NCBI GenBank assembly: GCA_964270895.1
Contig: OZ185440.1
Direction: 5' to 3' (one strand)
Length of the DNA: 64,000 nt
From: Podarcis filfolensis
Taxonomy: Eukaryota
A program made the position numbers and the translations under genes. This document shows positions 36,627 through 64,000 of this stretch, one piece after another. The notes beneath the pieces were generated by a model. That model made no database searches. It had not been told where the DNA came from and was given only the letters and a program-made list of their open reading frames with translations. The number at the start of each line of letters is the position of its first letter. The first letter of the stretch is position 1.

Positions 36627-36743
36627 CATGGGCGTAGCCAGGATTTTTCTTGGGGGGGGGGAGAACCTCAGTTTGCTATGTATTTTTATTGATTTTTATT
36701 GATTAGCTGCCCCTTCCTGCCCCCCCCCTTGGCTACATCCATG
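36627..36743. mobile_element. Short hAT-type MITE
   Basis: TIRs catgggcgtagcca/tggctacatccatg; flanks atgtcatc/acgccacc differ only by C/T. Confidence 0.65.
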
Positions 36744-37917
36744 ACGCCACCTCAATCTCTGATCTGTTCGAGTTTCCAAGGGCCCTAGGCACTTACCCAG
36801 GGTTCAGGTTTCCTCTGGAATGAGGGAGCGGTGATATCTTTATGATACATGATTTATTTGCACATACAACCTGAGCCTATGATGGAGCATGAAGGTCTTG
36901 CTTCCCCCATAGCCACAGCTTTGGATTCCAGCAGAAATCAGGCATGGCTGTCTCCCTCTGCTTTCCCAGCTTCCTGATTCTAGCTTCTAGCTTCCAGCTC
37001 AATTCTCCCCTCTCAACTCTGGCTTTTTTTCTTTTTAAACTAACTACCAGTGAGTCAAGGGAGGGGACCCCATCCATTTGGTATCTGGCACAGAGCCACC
37101 TCCTTTGTTCCCTCAATGGTCTAGGCTATCGCCTCACTAGGAAGCAAGCCTAGCTATTCCAGGAATTTGAATCCTTGTTTAAAATTTGGCACTTTCCGGA
37201 CCCAGAACATAGAAGGGTCTCAGCATACAACCTACTTCCCTCCCCAAACTCATAACAGTATTATGCAATTAAAAGGAGATGAGGACTTGAAAGGGTTTTT
37301 ATTGTACTTTGCGCACCTGGACTGACATGTGTACAATTTCATAGGCTGTTTCTGTAGTGAATAATAACAGAATCTGAAGTTTTTGTGACGATCGGATTTT
37401 TATAGCAAAGCTTCTCCCCCATTTTTGTGTGTTCTATCTTCTCCACATTTTCTTTAGTCTTGAGAATTCTGCCAAAAGCAAGTTCTTGTAGGAAATTACT
37501 TTGGAATTCAATGAATTTGAAATTTAGATACCAAGGCTGCAATCCTAAGCACACAATCCTAAGTCCCAGTAGGATCTATTTCTGAGTAGACCTTCATAGG
37601 ATGTTCATACTCAATGAAATCTGAGTAGGAAGGAGCTGGGACTGCTACATCTGTCTAAATCACACCAGTAGTCCCTACCCCTTCTTGTGGTTCTTGTAAA
37701 AATGCTGCTAAGGGTTTTTTGATTTTAGGATTTTGATTCAAGATCTGCTTGAATGCATTTCTGTAATGATGTAGCCTGTACTTGCTTTTTGTAACCTTTA
37801 TGTAGCTTAGTGCGTTTAATGAGTGCATGTATTTTGTAGCAATTACTGCTAAGTTACAAGTTGTGTGGGCATATATATAAATTATACAACCCAGTCACTC
37901 ACATAGGGAAAGAGAAT

Positions 37918-38426
37918 TTTTTTTTTTGAATTGAGAAATTTATTACGGCCATAGGCCCATACAGGTAAAAACAACACCTAAATAACAGCTTGTGCTGTAG
38001 GGAAATAAAAAAAAAAAAAAACACTCGCTAAAACACCACTATAACAATAAAATACTATAAAATGGAAAGGCATACTACGCCTTAATTTGCTTGTAGTGCT
38101 CCTTGGCGTCGCTTTTGGGAAAGGACAGCAACTAGGAACCTAGCCACCTTCAGGGTCGTGTGGGTATCCTTGTCCTGCAAGATTTGGGCAAGGTGGAATT
38201 TTGGTGGGGTACCCTCTAGTTTCTGTATGATTGATCCCAACAAATTTGCCTGTGGCACATTGAACAAGGGGCAAGTGAACATAATGTGCTGGAGCGACTC
38301 CGGCGTCACCTTATCACATTCGCACACGGCGGGGGCTTGGCCCTTTGAGAACCTATGTCTCAGGACATTGGAGGGAAAAACGTTAAACCTCGCTTTGGTG
38401 AAGGCCAGTCTATGGGCAACAGTCGA
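37918..38426 (-). mobile_element. 5'-truncated non-LTR retrotransposon, RTE-X-like C-terminus with Cys/His knuckle
   Basis: Poly-T at left; 13-bp TSD agggaaagagaat (37905..37917 and 38427..38439). The minus frame reads RLAFTKARFNVFPS...VCECDKVTPESLQHIMFTCPLF. Clade assignment is tentative. Confidence 0.75.
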
Positions 38427-40819
38427 AGGGAAAGAGAATACAATCTTTCATCGGTAAAGATTTTGTTTCTAAAAATTTCCATTACTTTATTCCTTTTTCA
38501 GCACATATGTAACAACATTACAGTCTACATTTCTCCGTCCTGAGAGTGATTTAATTTTTTTTCTAGGTTGTCCTCCTAATTTGGGGACATCTGATAATAT
38601 CCTGAATAAATCATTTGTGCCGCGAGATAAAAGCTCACACAGTGCTTTAATAAAAGGAATCATTTATTTCAGTTTAAGGCAGTCCAATAGGAACTATATT
38701 ACATCAGACATTCAACGCAGGAAACGGTAGCATAAAAGAGAGAAAGGCCATTGCCATGCAAATAAAAAACAGTCGTGAAGGGAGGAGGGGAAATGGAACA
38801 TGCTGGGTGGCTGTAAGAAACTCCAGAAGCCAGAGAAAATTTGGATTTGGGAGTAGACTGTACATACAACAGGTTTCCTCTGAGGCTTCAAACTAGGTCA
38901 CCTGGAGAATTCCTGCTGTTTCCACCACCTAAGACCTAGTCAATGGGCCTGGGATTCAACAGGTATGCCCAACCCCCTACCTGATCTTTAAATGTGCTTG
39001 TGCCCAAGATGTTCGCCAGCCCCTTCCATCCGTAGGCCCACATTTGCTTGATGTATATACATCATGCTGATCCACTCATATAAACTTGGGAACAGGGCAG
39101 TTTCAGTGCCATGCTTCACCCAACGGGTGGGCAGAGATGTGGCATACAAAACCATAGCTTATGTAGCACTTCCCCAGTCACTCTTGGGATGATGTGACAA
39201 TTTACAGACAGGTGAGGTACAAATTAGCACAGGCAAACACTGCTCAGTGGTACCTCTGCTCCTGCAGAACTAGACAGCATATTAGATGTGCCTCCCACTG
39301 TCTCCTGTATGGAGGCTTCAGCTTCTGGGGTAAATGTATTAATACTGCTAAGACAAAAGAGGCAGAGAAACAGTATTCTCACTCGCTTACTTCTTTTGGA
39401 AATTGGAAGACAATACGCTCTTCGAGGTTGAAGTTTTAGAGTATAATCCACATCCCAAAGCAAAGCTCCCATTGATCATCGCCAGTTCAGGATTGCCCCG
39501 AGTCTGTGCTATTCATCATGTGAGAAAAGTAATTTAATACAGCAACGCCATCCCCAAAACTGATCATTTCTGGTTGAGTTATAGGTGATGCTGACCCTGC
39601 ATTAGCACAGGATCTGTCCCAGAGAGGGAGACTAATTGTCACTTACTATCAACTGGCAAAACTGAAGTTCCTCAAAGACCAACAGAAATCCACCACTGAG
39701 CTCTGGTGAGTATTAGAAAACTTGCTGGCTGACTAGCTCTGTAACAGTTTACGAGCCAAGCCAGCCAACCAAGACTTCATCTCAAAAGTAGCTATAAGTG
39801 GCCACTTAGACAGAATCCAATGTAGCTAAAGTGGTGAGGAAGAAGATGACAACTTTGTAGGGGTTGTATTCAGCTAAGTTTTACTCAGGCTAAACCCACT
39901 GAGGTCAATGGACCTAAGTTTGTCATGTTCATTAATTTCAATGGGCCTACTATGCATAGGACTATCACTGAGCACAACCCCAAGCCCCATGAAGTGCTTA
40001 AGGTGCCCTGAAGGTAAATAATGAATCATTCTTTGCTCTCATACATAAATTTATCCTTCCATTCCAGTCACCAAACTGACCTGAATCTTGTCCCAATTTT
40101 GCCTGATAGTTACAAAGGTGGGTTAGAGAGCCACTTGGAGGAAATACTATACTATACAGCACCTTGGTTTTTAAAAGTGTACTGCAGGATCCCAGTGGTG
40201 TGTCTGTTTAGAGTGGAAATTTCCCCCTTATTTCACTTGGAATATTTTCAACAGGCCCAGTCATTGACCAGCTGTTCAGAGTCTTGTTGACTTATATTGT
40301 GTAGTCAACTGTTAGTCTAGGACAGGGGAAGGTGATAAGGAATATAAAATCTAAGGATCTCAGATAAGCAATGTGCTTCCTTTCACATCATGCTACCGCC
40401 AGCATTTATCTATTCTCAATAAGAAGAATAATTTGGAAAGTGCTTAGCAAGTGCCTAGTGTGCTCCCCAACAACTTCTTAAGTAGGGAGGGGAGAGTACT
40501 AGCTAGGCTACTTCTAAGTGCATCTTTCATCATTATTCCAGTTAGCAAAAGAGCTGTTCAGCCCCAGAGCAGATCCGATCCCTAATAGCTAAGAAAGGTT
40601 TGGGGATCTGGCTCCCTGTGACATCCCTGGAACACCTCAAGCAACCAGCTAAAGGTGGGGGGGAGGAGGGAAAGCAGTTTGGGATTTTACAAATGCATGA
40701 AACCCATGGTTAAAAACCTTGCCAAATGAAACTTGAAAATGGAAGCTGGAGCATATTTTTGTTGGCCTACATAAAAAAAGCCCTTCGAATCCTTAAGAGC
40801 TTCAACTTAATAAACAAGA

Positions 40820-40960
40820 ACAGCTCAGTCAGTAGAGCACGAGGCTCTTAATCTCAGGTTTGTGGGTTTGAGCCCCACATTGGGCAAAAGATTCCTGCAT
40901 TGCAGGGGGTTGGACTAGATGACCCTTGGGGTCCCTTCGAAGTCTACAGTTCTATGATTC
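40820..40960 (+). mobile_element. tRNA-derived SINE with a CR1-type 3' tail
   Basis: tRNA-like head (agctcagtcagtagagc...ctcttaatctc...gggtttgagcccc) followed by the CR1 tail ggactagatgacc...ttctatgattc. Confidence 0.8.
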
Positions 40961-41329
40961 AGCAGTTAGCCTTGGAAGCAGGATCTCACTGGCCATCAAT
41001 CTTCTTCCCCAGCACCTTTCTTTCTCCAGAGGCAGGGAACCAGGGGGCCTCTAAATGGCCAGTGGTGAAGCACGATGGTAGCTGTAGTCTAACAACATCT
41101 GGAAAGCCACAGGTTCCCCATTTTTGCCCTGGAGATTTGTGAATAGCTTCCAGGAGCTCCTTACCTATCATCACATAGGGGTGGCAGCTGCCCGACGTAC
41201 CCTTGGGAATCACTGCTGCTCTGGAAGGTGGATATGCAAGAGAGAACGAAATACCCTGGTAGTACGGTTGGTTAGTGATTGGGGTAAGGGAACTGGATCT
41301 GGAATACTGAGAGACAATACAGGTGAAGA

Positions 41330-41737
41330 GGTGGTGGAATAAGGAGGAAGTGGCAAAGGGCAATATGCCAGCAATATGCTGATGACACATAGCTCTACTT
41401 CTCTTTGACATATGCAGGTGGGGCAGTTGATGGGCAGGACTAATGTCTTGCATTCGTGTGCCTCTTCCACGTGAGGCCCAGAGTGTGGCAACACAAGAAC
41501 CAGCCTTATCTGCTGTGGCTCCCCATTTATGGAATGCTCTCCCCAGGGAGGTTCGCCTGGCACCTTCATTATATACTTTAGGGCACCAGGCAAAAACATT
41601 TCTCTTCAACCAGACCTTTGGCTGATTAGTTTTCTACAGCTTTCTAAATGTGTCTGTGGGAAGGGAGGGCGCGCGTTATTTTGTTTTTGTTTTAATTATT
41701 TACTTGTATTTTTATTCTGCGACCTGCCCTGAGATCT
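41330..41737 (+). mobile_element. Internally deleted L2 LINE (RT motif joined to the 3' end), cut by the gap
   Basis: CAA TAT GCT GAT GAC ACA TAG CTC TAC = QYADDT*LY; tggaatgctctccccaggg; ccctgagatct just before the Ns. Confidence 0.7.
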
Positions 41738-42003
41738 NNNNNNNNNNNNNNNNNNNNNNNNNNNNNNNNNNNNNNNNNNNNNNNNNNNNNNNNNNNNNNN
41801 NNNNNNNNNNNNNNNNNNNNNNNNNNNNNNNNNNNNNNNNNNNNNNNNNNNNNNNNNNNNNNNNNNNNNNNNNNNNNNNNNNNNNNNNNNNNNNNNNNNN
41901 NNNNNNNNNNNNNNNNNNNNNNNNNNNNNNNNNNNNNNNNNNNNNNNNNNNNNNNNNNNNNNNNNNNNNNNNNNNNNNNNNNNNNNNNNNNNNNNNNNNN
42001 NNN
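41738..42003. other. Assembly gap (266 N)
   Basis: Run of N. Confidence 1.
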
Positions 42004-42781
42004 TCATCCATGAGTGAATCAGAAAAGGGCACTTGTCTAGAATTTCTGGTTTTAAGATCTGCTTGGCTTAATGAGAGGTACGGTACTTTTAAATTCAGCT
42101 GAGTTGCCCTGAGTTGAGGACGGGGTATAAACTGAAATAAATATGTACATAAACAATTTTTTTAACACACACACAAACCCCCGCTAACCTTTCCAGGGGC
42201 TTTCCAGGGGAGAGTTTGGAAAATTCTAGGAGTCTGAGTATGGTTTTGTGTCAGAGCACATCAGGAGACCTTGTGGTCCTCCAGATCATGTTGGAATCCA
42301 ACTCCTGTCAGCCCCAGTCAGCATGGTCAGGGATGATGGGAGCTGAGTCCAGCAACATCTGGTAGGTCACCACTGCTTTAGAACAGCCTCCCCCAAATTG
42401 CTGCCTGCCAGATGTTTTGAGTTACAACCCTCATTGGGCGCTGCCTGGAGCTGATGGGAATTGCAGCTCAAAACATCTGGAGAGCGCCAGGTGGGGAGAG
42501 CAGCTTTCAGAGTTATAAGCAGCTTTTCTGATCCATGCCAAGCTGGAGTTTTTATATAGCAGGTCCAAGTTCTGCAAAGGCTGAAATGAAGAAAGGACAT
42601 ACCAAAGTGCAACACAGGAGCTATGCCCATTCCTACATAACCCTGGGAAGTAACTTTTCCTGTCACTCTATGAACACACTCTATGAAGCCCAAACTTCAA
42701 GATCATCCTGACTGAGGATACCACTTGTAAGTTATCACTCTGATGGGCAGAAGTGCGAAGAGGTCAAAAATAAGGCCCATT

Positions 42782-42785
<4 letters not shown>

Positions 42786-42828
<43 letters not shown>
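42786..42828. repeat. (CT)n microsatellite
   Basis: Direct reading. Confidence 0.95.
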
Positions 42829-42830
<2 letters not shown>

Positions 42831-43702
42831 GCCCTGCACAATAATACCTTTTCAGATATCAAATCTAGACAGCAATTTGCTGAAAACCAGGGGTTAAAAA
42901 ATGCAAAAGGGACTTAACAGAGTCACAAAAACCAAACAAGCAAGGGAACAAACAATCCAGGCCTGCACAAATATTTGTCAAAGTAGATTTACAAAGAATA
43001 AGGGGGCGGGGGCGGGAATTAAGCAATTTAGGGACTGGATGCAGTACAAAGAACAGCAGCAACACCAGCAGCATTAAGAGACGACATCACACGGTCACTT
43101 GATCACAATATTCAGCCTGCCAGGTCAATCCATAAGCTGAGCCATTACAAAGCGAGGAAGAAGTGTCAGAAGACTTGAGGTGGCAGCTGGACTATACATG
43201 GGCTTAAAAAAGAAGAAGACCCCAAATCATTCAGCTGTAAGGGGTGGGGCAAGGGAAGATGCATGGAAAAAAAGGGCTGCTTCATCACACAAACCATAGA
43301 GAAATGAATGATCTGTGCCTCCTTATGAGGCCTACCAAGACAGGCTGGACTTCTCTCACCACGGTGATCTCCCCAAATAGGAAACGAGGAAACTTGCCAA
43401 CAACAGGGCTTGTCCTTTAACAAAATGAAATGAAATTAAAACCCTTATTTCCCCCCAGGTTTCACGGCTGCTCCGTCCTTCCAACGATGCACATTGGTGT
43501 GCCAGAATGGCAGCAATAAACCAGCTCTCAGAGAGGATTATTATTATTTTTTTGCAGAAAAGAGTACACTGTAGATTTTCATTTTGTGGTGTGGTCACTG
43601 CCCAGATGTCAGTCTGCCCGCAGAAAGTTGAGAGCTGATCCAAGAGAGTGACCTGTGTTTTGTAGGCACCTGTCCTCAAGTGCTGCTTTCCTCTCCTGGC
43701 AT

Positions 43703-59218
<15,516 letters not shown>

Positions 59219-59957
59219 CTGAAAAAATGTCACATCACATTACTTAGTCAGATTGATAAATCTATAAGCATTTCGATTAGCTCAGAACCTTTGAGTGGGA
59301 TGACCAACCCAAGTGAATGTCTAGAACACCACTTGTCCGTCTCTTTCCTGGCTCTTTTCTCTTTCCATCTGTCTCCCACAAACCTTGCGTTTTGTAATCA
59401 TTCAGAGTTGGATTCGGTTTTTGAATCTCTCTAGAGTTGAGAGAAGATGCAAAAAGACAGGTTATGCCACCATGTGCCTTCTACACACACTTGGCCACAG
59501 CAATTGGCAGATACGTTGTGAGCAACCAATGTTTCTATATTATTTATTTTATTCATGGATTCCGCCTCATACCTCACACTGTCAGGTGGGGGGGGGCGGT
59601 CCCTGAAGGCAACCTGGACAAAGTTCTTTATTAAAACAACAAAACAGTTCAAAAGTAAAATCACAAGGTTTTAACCAACTAAGTTCCACTCAGAGAAGAC
59701 TCCCTGGAATTAATATACAAAAGTTAGTATTGCCCATCGATATAAATGGGTCTATTCTGAGCAGAACTAATACTGGATTCAACCCACATAACAGGCACAC
59801 ACAACAGATAGTGGCATCATATTCCTTGGGATCCTCAACAGCCTATGTAGACACTGTTTAGGTTTTTGTACTGTACTGGAGAGCAAAGCCCACTGGACGT
59901 AGTGGGGGCTTACTTCTGAGTAAACATACACAAGACTGGGTGTTAAAAGAGTTCCTG

Positions 59958-60046
59958 CATGTTGGTACAGATTCCTGAGAAGAAACATGTTTGACACTGC
60001 CATGTGGTGTCAAACATGTTTCTTCTCAGGAATCTGTGCCAACATG
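59958..60046. repeat. Near-perfect inverted repeat: 40-bp arms, 9-nt loop
   Basis: 59958..59997 is the reverse complement of 60007..60046 with one mismatch. Confidence 0.95.
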
Positions 60047-60649
60047 TGGTTTCTCTCAAATATATGTGCGAGCAGCAGCCTCTTGCCTTAGAAAATGTGT
60101 CATCACCACAAAACAGTAAAGTATCATTATAGGGATGGGGGTGCTGAACCATCCATCCTCTTCCTATTCCTCCTAACCCCCCCACCCTCAGTTTTTTCCC
60201 ATAGCTGGGTTAATTTATAATATTGGAGCGAACTAGAGCTAGATGCAGTGGGGAGAAAGGCTATGGGGAGGAATGCAGCAGGCAAAGAAAGTGACCACCC
60301 ACTTATTGGCACCTGGGGGATTCATCCAGACACCCCCATAACTACATCTGCTTGGGATTGCTCCCTAGTCCTGTGACTTTACTACTGTTCAGGTTGAAAA
60401 ACAGAAGTCTGTTTCTTCATATATAATCCCATCTTTCCAGAGGGAAACAGAGGAGCTAATCGCATGGCAAGCTGTTCTCTACACTTCCATTTTATCAGTT
60501 CAGCAGAAGCCAAATGGGAATTTTTAAGATGTGGAGCCTCAATTCTTCTAGGCCACCCAGAGTAAGAGGATTGCACATTTCTCAGCTGCTTCCCTTCCTC
60601 CCAACTGCAACAGCTCCAAGTCCCAGAAACTTATGAAGCTGTGAGTAAA

Positions 60650-61680
60650 GCTACCATTGCTGGACAGTTTTTGGCTAATTAGGCCAATTTGACCAAATCC
60701 TGCTATCTTTTCAGCTGGCATCATAACACACATTTTATACCCCAAATGATAGACTACAAAACCATAATCAGGCAAACTGGGCTGCCTGGGTTCTCACTGA
60801 CTTGACCAAGGTTAAACAAAACTGAACTCTCCAGGTCCTCTGCTGGAGCCACTGGACCTTGGCTAGAGCGCCGTTGCTCTTGACATATGAGAAGGGAGGG
60901 TTGGTAAAATACCCCCAATTAATACACAGACCAAACATGCTGCTTTTCATTGCAGGATGTCAGTAGGCTGAGAGGCTCCCTTGTAACATCTTTCTTTTAA
61001 TTCAATGATTCCCAGGAGCCTATTTGAAAACTAGGGCATGAATGCAGTACGCACCACAGCCCAGCCACTTTATCTTCTTCAGAGGCACAGCATAATGCTG
61101 AAAAAGATGAAATTTTTCTTCTCCGGGTGATGGCTCACTGTTAAAGAACCTGTAGCCCAAATCCCCATACATCAACACAGAACTGAGCGGAGGTGTACCT
61201 AGGCTCCCTTGCGCCCTTGGCAAGGAGCTGTATTGGCACCTCCTGTCCCTTGCACTCTAGGCGAGGAGACGTGCCCAGCTGCCCAGAGCAGCGGAGGAGT
61301 GGCCCAGGAAACATGTAGATGGGCAGGAAGGCTCCTAGTTCCTCAGGGCCAGAGTGGAAAGGTGTGATTTTGGAGGGCCACTGGCCCTGTGCCATTGCTG
61401 GGTGCCAAACTCACCAACCCCTAGGTTTGTCCCTGGAACGAAGTACTATGAGGCTTTAGGCTCCTGAGTGTATTCACTTGGGGTCACCAACCTTTTCTGG
61501 AGGTGGGGGCGTGGACACATTTGCAAATGGATATGTTGTTGTGGGCACCACACCTCTCCCTTCCCCAGTGTAACCTTCTTTGGATTCCACATAGGCTTGA
61601 AGTAACTGTTCTATTGGTTTAAGAAGCCTTCTTTCAAGCTCATTTTGTGGTGGGAGGCAGGTGGGGATGGTCACCAGGGA
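60650..61680 (-). pseudogene. Possible decayed Ty3/Gypsy-type gag remnant
   Basis: Frame-shifted minus-strand peptides NELERRLLKPIEQLLQAY...PPPP, PFHSGPEELGAFL, SWARLL, GSLTVS and LAKNCP loosely follow retrotransposon gag order; by-eye match only. Confidence 0.3.
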
Positions 61681-61736
61681 AAACCTTTGTTGACACTTCT
61701 ATACCTGTGGCTGCCATGTTGCTGGCCCATGGTGTA

Positions 61737-62270
61737 CAGAAGGTCAGCAAACTTTTTCAGCAGGGGGCCGGGCCACTGTCCCTCAGACCTTGTGGGGGGA
61801 GGACTATATTTGTTTTTTTTGGGGGGGGGGGGAATGAAAGAATTCCTATGCCCCACAAGTAACCCAGAGATGCATTTTAAATACAGTGGTACCTCGGGAT
61901 GCGAACGGGATCCGTTCTGGAGCCCCGTTCGCATCCCGAAGCGAACACAACTCGCATCTGCGTGTGTGCGGGTTGCGTTTTGCAGCTTCCGCGCATGTGT
62001 GCGACGTCATTTTGACTGCGCATGCGGGTGCAGCAAAACCCGGAAGTAACATACTGAAATACTTAACTTGAAGCACATTTATCCCGAGGTATGACTGTAA
62101 AAGCACAATTCTACTCATGTAAAATCACCAGGCAGGCCCCACAAATAACCCAGAGATGCATTTTAAATAAACGGACACATTCTACTCATGTAAAAACACG
62201 CTGATTCCCGGACCATCTGCGGGCCGGATTTAGAAGGCAATTGTGCCGGATCCGACCCCCGGGTCTTAGT
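61737..62270 (+). mobile_element. hAT element (family of 8690) with a duplicated internal unit, a damaged right end and a nested Tc1/mariner MITE
   Basis: Colinear with 8690..8935 on both sides of the insert. Confidence 0.75.
61884..62097. mobile_element. Tc1/mariner MITE nested in the hAT element
   Basis: TIRs cagtggtacctcggg/cccgaggtatgactg; TA duplicated at 61882 and 62098; the empty site in the 8690 copy reads ttttaaaTAaaagcac. Confidence 0.88.
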
Positions 62271-63086
62271 GTACAGAGTTGCCAGCTTAGGATTCCACCA
62301 TTGCTGCATTACATTGCCTTCAATAACTGATGATAAACCAATAGTTATAAATGTCAGGTGACTGTGCCAAGTGGCATTGCTAACAGCACAGCACATCAGT
62401 TATGCATTATCTTTTCTTTGTCTTACTAGGACTGGTACGAAGCAAGTCCCATTTCTGGCTCCATCGCAGTGGATGAAGAACAGTGGTTTAGAGGACAGCT
62501 AACATTAGTGCTGATAAAAGGCATGATTGAAAAAGCTGCCTGCAGACATTTCTCTGGCAGCCTTCTCAGATGAGATTCCAAGCCTGTCATCTCCTACCCT
62601 CAGTCAATATCAGCTGCTCCCATGACAGACCCTTCCTTCAGATGTTGTGCAACCACCATAATGAAAGAATGCGGCTGTCAATGGAAGATAACATTTTAAA
62701 CTTCTGGTTAGATAGGCAGAGACAAGGCCAGTGGGAAAGGACTTTTTGTTTTGCTGCTGAGATCCATTGGAGTATCAGAACTAGTGCAGATACATGGAGT
62801 GTGAGCCTCATCTGCCACTATATATAATACACAGGCACACACACATACAGGCAACATGGGCATAAAAGGGTGTGTGTGTGTGATTAAGAAGGTTGGAGTT
62901 AAATGGCAACAGTATGGTATTTCCTTGGAGATTTGAGGATAAGAATACAGGGACATAAGAACCCAGCTTTTGCAAGGCTCCATGTTGTCCATCGTCCTGT
63001 TTCCTACATTGTCTGTTACGAAGCTACTGGGAAGTCCAAAAGCAGGACTTGAAGGCAACTCCTCCCACTGTTTCTCTGCATAAATA

Positions 63087-63672
63087 CCATATTTTTCGCT
63101 CTATAACACCCACCTGACCATAACACGCACATAGTTTTTAGAGGAGGAAAACAAGAAAAAAAAAATTCTAAACGAAACAGTGGATGTATGATTTTTGTGG
63201 TTCATGCTGTGGCCACAGACATGTGATCTGACGGTGAGTTTGGGGTAGCCCAATGCAAAAATCCTGAGGATCCATGTGGATCCACGCTTTGTAACCACGT
63301 TTTTGCACCACTGCGGCCCCAAGCAACAGTGGGTGCGTGATTTTTTTGGTGCAAGCTGTAGCCATGGACATGCTATGTAATCTGATGGTGAATTTGGGGT
63401 GACCCAGTGTAAAAATCCTGAGGATCCATGTGGATCCATGCTTTGTAACCAGGCTCTCTGTCCCTCTCTTCTCCCCACTCAATGGCTCTTCTCCCGCTTT
63501 GCTGTTTCAAAGCGAGCCACGGAGGAGGGAAGGAAGGGGAACCATGGATCCTCTGTTCACGACTGCAGCAGATCCCCCCACCATCCGTAGGCATTCGCTC
63601 CATAACACACACAGACATTTCCCCTTACTTTCTAGGAGGAAAAAAGTGAGTGTTATGGAGCAAAAAATATGG
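63087..63672. mobile_element. Tc1/mariner MITE, same family as 53749 but opposite orientation, with an internal ~150-bp tandem duplication
   Basis: TIRs ccatatttttcgctc/gagcaaaaaatatgg; TA flanks; repeated aaaaatcctgaggatccatgtggatcca. Confidence 0.8.
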
Positions 63673-63835
63673 TACCTCTGAACCTGGCTCACAGGTATTG
63701 ATAGAACCTGGCTCACAGGTATTGTAAATTCAATACTAATAAAAAAAAATACCCTCTATCATTAAAGTATCGCAAAAGTAGTAAAGAAAATGAATCTTTG
63801 CCTAGCTGGCTAATGGCTCTCCAGCACGAGTCTGT

Positions 63836-64000
63836 GAATGAAACAAGCTTAATTTATGGATCATGCAGAAATGGCACAACTTACCAGAAGAATAAGAAAC
63901 TAGGATAACAAACTTTTTATAAAGGAATGGGAATATATTGAATATTTACACTCGAATTGCAAACAGATAAAAACACTGGCAGGACTATTGTAATAACCTG
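63836..64000 (+). mobile_element. 5'-truncated L1 fragment (ORF2 C-terminus), same family as the nested antisense piece; runs off the window
   Basis: Encodes FMDHAEMAQLTRRIRN*DNKLFIKEWEYIEYLHSNCKQIKTLAGLL*. Confidence 0.75.

Noticed and set aside
38756-38763. Octamer ATGCAAAT
   Set aside because: A single 8-mer is expected by chance in 64 kb; no supporting context.
39585-39705. 121-nt AG..GT segment with one open frame (DADPALAQDLSQRG...)
   Set aside because: Weak pyrimidine tract, no recognisable homology and no partner exons; compatible with chance.
40820-40890. tRNA-like sequence
   Set aside because: Lacks a proper acceptor stem and Pol III terminator and continues into a CR1-type tail, so it is a SINE head.
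40986-41609. 207-aa minus-strand ORF
   Set aside because: Runs antisense through a MITE and an L2 fragment; no coherent protein.
41650-42102. ORFs containing long X runs
   Set aside because: Artefacts of the N gap.
62430-62570. Acceptor-like site followed by an open frame (DWYEASPISGS...)
   Set aside because: Antisense within a copine intron, with no donor and no homology recognised.
63180-63452. CRISPR-like or regulatory tandem repeats
   Set aside because: Two internal ~150-bp units of a Tc1/mariner MITE in a vertebrate genome; no spacer structure.
59219-64000. Expected next copine exon (VTLLSF...DYIKG type)
   Set aside because: Not found by eye; it probably lies beyond the window.

Overview
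Vertebrate genomic DNA from a squamate, probably a lacertid lizard (inferred from the Sauria SINE, CR1, L2 and hAT-MITE repertoire). Four protein-coding genes are supported. (1) The 3' part of sortilin SORT1 on + (16 coding exons, 32..16415, ending ...DDSDEDLLE*, penultimate intron GC-AG). (2, 3) Two tandem, divergent class A GPCR genes on +, each with a single coding exon (25503..26510 and ~31588..32586). They belong to the galanin-receptor/GPR151 neighbourhood, and both replace DRY with LRY and NPxxY with N/SPxxC. (4) The last 7 coding exons of a copine, most likely CPNE5, on - (59218 down to 43703). The last copine intron holds a three-level nest: a full-length, almost intact L1 (ORF1 intact, ORF2 with one TGA, 17-bp TSD) sits inside a 5'-truncated antisense L1 (18-bp TSD), which itself splits an older tRNA-derived SINE. 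Also present: a solo LTR with 5-bp TSD, an RTE-X-like truncated LINE with 13-bp TSD, two Sauria SINEs, CR1/L2/MIR fragments, hAT and Tc1/mariner MITEs, a 40-bp-stem hairpin, a possible decayed gag, microsatellites and a 266-N gap. The best candidate for an undescribed system is the orphan GPCR pair between SORT1 and the copine. All family assignments come from remembered sequences; no searches were run.
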